Assembly (NCBI GenBank): GCA_963730605.1
Contig: CAVSSM010000002.1
Coordinates: 394,416 to 458,415 of the forward strand
Direction of reading: 5' to 3'
DNA: 64,000 nt
From: an uncultured Chlamydiae bacterium
GTDB lineage: Bacteria; Chlamydiota; Chlamydiia; Chlamydiales; SM23-39
Part shown: one piece after another, positions 61,730 to 64,000 of the stretch
How positions within the stretch are numbered: position 1 is the first letter of the stretch
How the letters are laid out: every line of letters starts with the position of its first letter
Program-made: the position numbers and the translations under genes
The notes under the pieces: generated by a model
Told to the model about the DNA's origin: nothing
Seen by the model: only the letters and a program-made list of their open reading frames with translations
Databases searched by the model: none

Positions 61730-62497
61730 CTATGGCAAAATACCTGTGAAAACTTTTTCCGCTGGCCCTGTGAGAAAAAGCCGCCCTTCTTTTTCCCATA
61801 CTTCCAGGCATCCTCCCCGACAATGGATCGAGACCCTCCCTGTACCGCCAAAGAGCCGGAAAGCGACGGCTGCGACCGCAACGGCCCCCGTCCCACAGGA
61901 AAGAGTTTCCCCTTCGACCCCCCTTTCGAATGTCCGAATCCGGAGACTGCCATCCTGAGCAAGAGTTGCAAAATCGACGTTTGCATTCAGATGGCGGCGA
62001 AGAGATCTGCCGGCTATGGGAAGATCGACCTTATCTACGTCGGCGACGAATTGGACGGCATGGGGAACCCCGGTCTCGATATAATGGACGATCCCCCACT
62101 CGGTCGCTATCTCAAAGCGCATTTTCTCTGGTGCGCCCATATCGATCACAGGCTGTCCCTTGGCGAGCGTTGCGACGACAGTTCTTTCCTGGGTTTTGAT
62201 CCTATAATTTTTTTGAACCACCCCAAGATCCCGAAGAAAGCGGACGAGGCAGCGGAGGCCATTGCCGCAACTTTCGACTTCGCAGCCATCGCTATTGAAG
62301 ATCCTCATCTGGAAATCGGCGGTAGCTTCCGGCGAAAGGCCCAGGAGAATGACTCCATCGGCGCCGATCCCGAACTGCCTGTGGCATAGTTTGCGGATTA
62401 GAGCAGAGTCGAAGGCCGGAAAGCGACCCTCCCGGTCGTCGAAGAGGATGAAATCGTTTCCCGCGCCATGATATTTATCGAAGCGCAGTTTCGACAT
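61730..62497 (-). CDS. dapF: Diaminopimelate epimerase
   Basis: HGAGNDF, CGNG and [14 protein letters not shown]. Confidence 0.95.
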   Translation of the reverse strand: MSKLRFDKYHGAGNDFILFDDREGRFPAFDSALIRKLCHRQFGIGADGVILLGLSPEATADFQMRIFNSDGCEVESCGNGLRCLVRFLRDLGVVQKNYRIKTQERTVVATLAKGQPVIDMGAPEKMRFEIATEWGIVHYIETGVPHAVQFVADVDKVDLPIAGRSLRRHLNANVDFATLAQDGSLRIRTFERGVEGETLSCGTGAVAVAAVAFRLFGGTGRVSIHCRGGCLEVWEKEGRLFLTGPAEKVFTGILP

Positions 62498-63085
62498 CTT
62501 TCATCGAAGTTACGATCTTGTCGAGAAGGCCAAATTCCAAAGCCTCTTCCGCGCTCATCCAATTGTCTCGGTCGATCGCTTTCTCAATGGTTTTTTTATC
62601 TTTGCCGGTGGCTTCCGAATAGATATCGACGAGCATGGCCCGGGTCTTGAGTATCTCTTTAGCCTGGATCTCGAGATCTGTCGCCTGTCCGCGGATGACG
62701 CCCATGATGAGAGGCTGATGCATCATGATCCGAGCGTTCTGCGTTGCTAGGCGCTTGCCTTTGCCCGACACCAAGACTTAGGAGCGATCCCATCGAAGCG
62801 GCCAGACCCGTCACCAAGGTGATCACGGGGGAAGAGATCATTTTGATTTGGTCCCAGATCGCAAAACCCGAATCGACCGAACCGCCCGGCGAGTTAATGA
62901 CGAAGAGGATCGGCTTGGCCGGGGCCCGTCGCATCCAAATACCAGAGCTTGCGGATGATATCTTTTGCCGAATCGGAGTCGACCCCATCCGACAAGAAAA
63001 ATCCTCCTCTTTTCCAGAAGAGCAAGGTCGATCTTATCATTTAGGAATTTTGAATGGATCTGCTTCTGCGTCTTGTTCCGCGCAT
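62475..63085 (-). CDS. clpP: ATP-dependent Clp protease proteolytic subunit (apparent frameshifts)
   Basis: [19 protein letters not shown] and [10 protein letters not shown]. Confidence 0.93.
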
Positions 63086-63113
63086 AAGGTCACCTCTTAT
63101 TTTGTCTTCAATT

Positions 63114-64000
63114 TTAATCGATGACGAGTTCGGGATAAAGGGGAAAATGCTTCAGAACGTCGCCTACCCGCTGTTGGGCCTGGGCTATGGACTTCGGCGG
63201 CACGTCGGCTTTGGCCGGGAGGGGCCCCTGTCTTTTCATCGGGCGTGGGCTTGGCCTCCTTAAGCAGGCGACTGCAATCGTGGCGATCTCCTCCATTTCC
63301 TTCTCTTTCATCCCCTAGAGTTGTGACGGCGGGCGTCCCGATCCGAACCCCCGAAGTATACCAGGGCCCATTAACGTCGCGAGGTATGCATTCCGGTTGA
63401 CGGTTAAATGGGCCTCGCCGTAAGGAGAGCTCCGCCTGCCGTCCAGTAAGGTGGAAGGTGGATGACAACATCCATCACAGAAGATGGTTATCGGTGCCTC
63501 CGGTTAGGACCTCATTCCCGCTTTGCGCAAGGTCTCCGCCAGGGCCTTCGCATTTTCGACGATCTGATGGGCATAGCTGTTAAAATCAGGAGCAAGCGCC
63601 TCTTTGAAAGCGATGGCTTTGGCCGCCATCACGTGGGGAGCGGCCCGCCGAGAACGAGTGGGACATCCTTTATCGACGACTTCCTTGAATTCCGGACTTG
63701 CAGAGGACAAGCCCTCCGCGCGGGCCCCGCAGCGTTTTATGCGTCGTCGTGGTGACGATATGGGCAAAAGGAACCGGGTTGTATCCCCTCCAACACTTTG
63801 CCGGCGACAAGCCCCGCAAAATGGGCCATGTCGACCATGAAGAGCGGCCCCGACGCTGTCGGCGATCTCCCGCATCTTCGCAAAATCGATGAGCCGCGGA
63901 TAGGCCGAATAGCCCGCGATCAGGATCAGCGGCTTTTCCTCCTTGGCTTGGGCCTGGAGCTCGGTATAATCGATAAGACCTGTCTTTTCATCGACCTCGT
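63114..64000 (-). CDS. glyA: Serine hydroxymethyltransferase, 3' part (apparent frameshifts)
   Basis: [32 protein letters not shown] and SGVRIGTPA across frames. Confidence 0.93.

Noticed and set aside
62475..64000. Frameshifted clpP and glyA
   Set aside because: Same indel-dense pattern, most likely sequencing or assembly error.

Overview
Chromosomal window from an environmental Chlamydiae-like bacterium. The assignment rests on gene order (tsp-rpsL-rpsG-fusA-rpsJ without tuf; rodA/birA-nifU-nifS-gpmA/rluB; nrdR-dksA-lspA), a stand-alone SWIB protein and a UGP3-like uridylyltransferase. The housekeeping backbone carries a decayed IS605/TnpB element, an IS630 copy and several 160-255 bp palindromic MITE-like elements, some nested and one in frame inside a signal peptide. 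A visibly AT-richer, IS-riddled island (~22.3-37.3 kb) ends at tRNA-Phe. It carries two type IV (AbiE-like) toxin-antitoxin loci, ltaE-alaX cargo and a helicase/HGGxSTG module. The main hidden signals are: (i) removing an ISAs1 element at its 9-bp target duplication restores an in-frame AbiEii nucleotidyltransferase-ankyrin-repeat fusion; (ii) three identical 137-bp structured repeats behind tRNA-Ser(GGA), each regenerating the tRNA 3' end and carrying an antisense copy of it; (iii) two ~164-bp palindromes, both inserted at the AT of a start codon; (iv) a sterol C24-methyltransferase-like gene. Dense indels in rpsL/rpsG/fusA/rpsJ and clpP/glyA are most likely assembly errors, so single frameshifts elsewhere in the window need caution.
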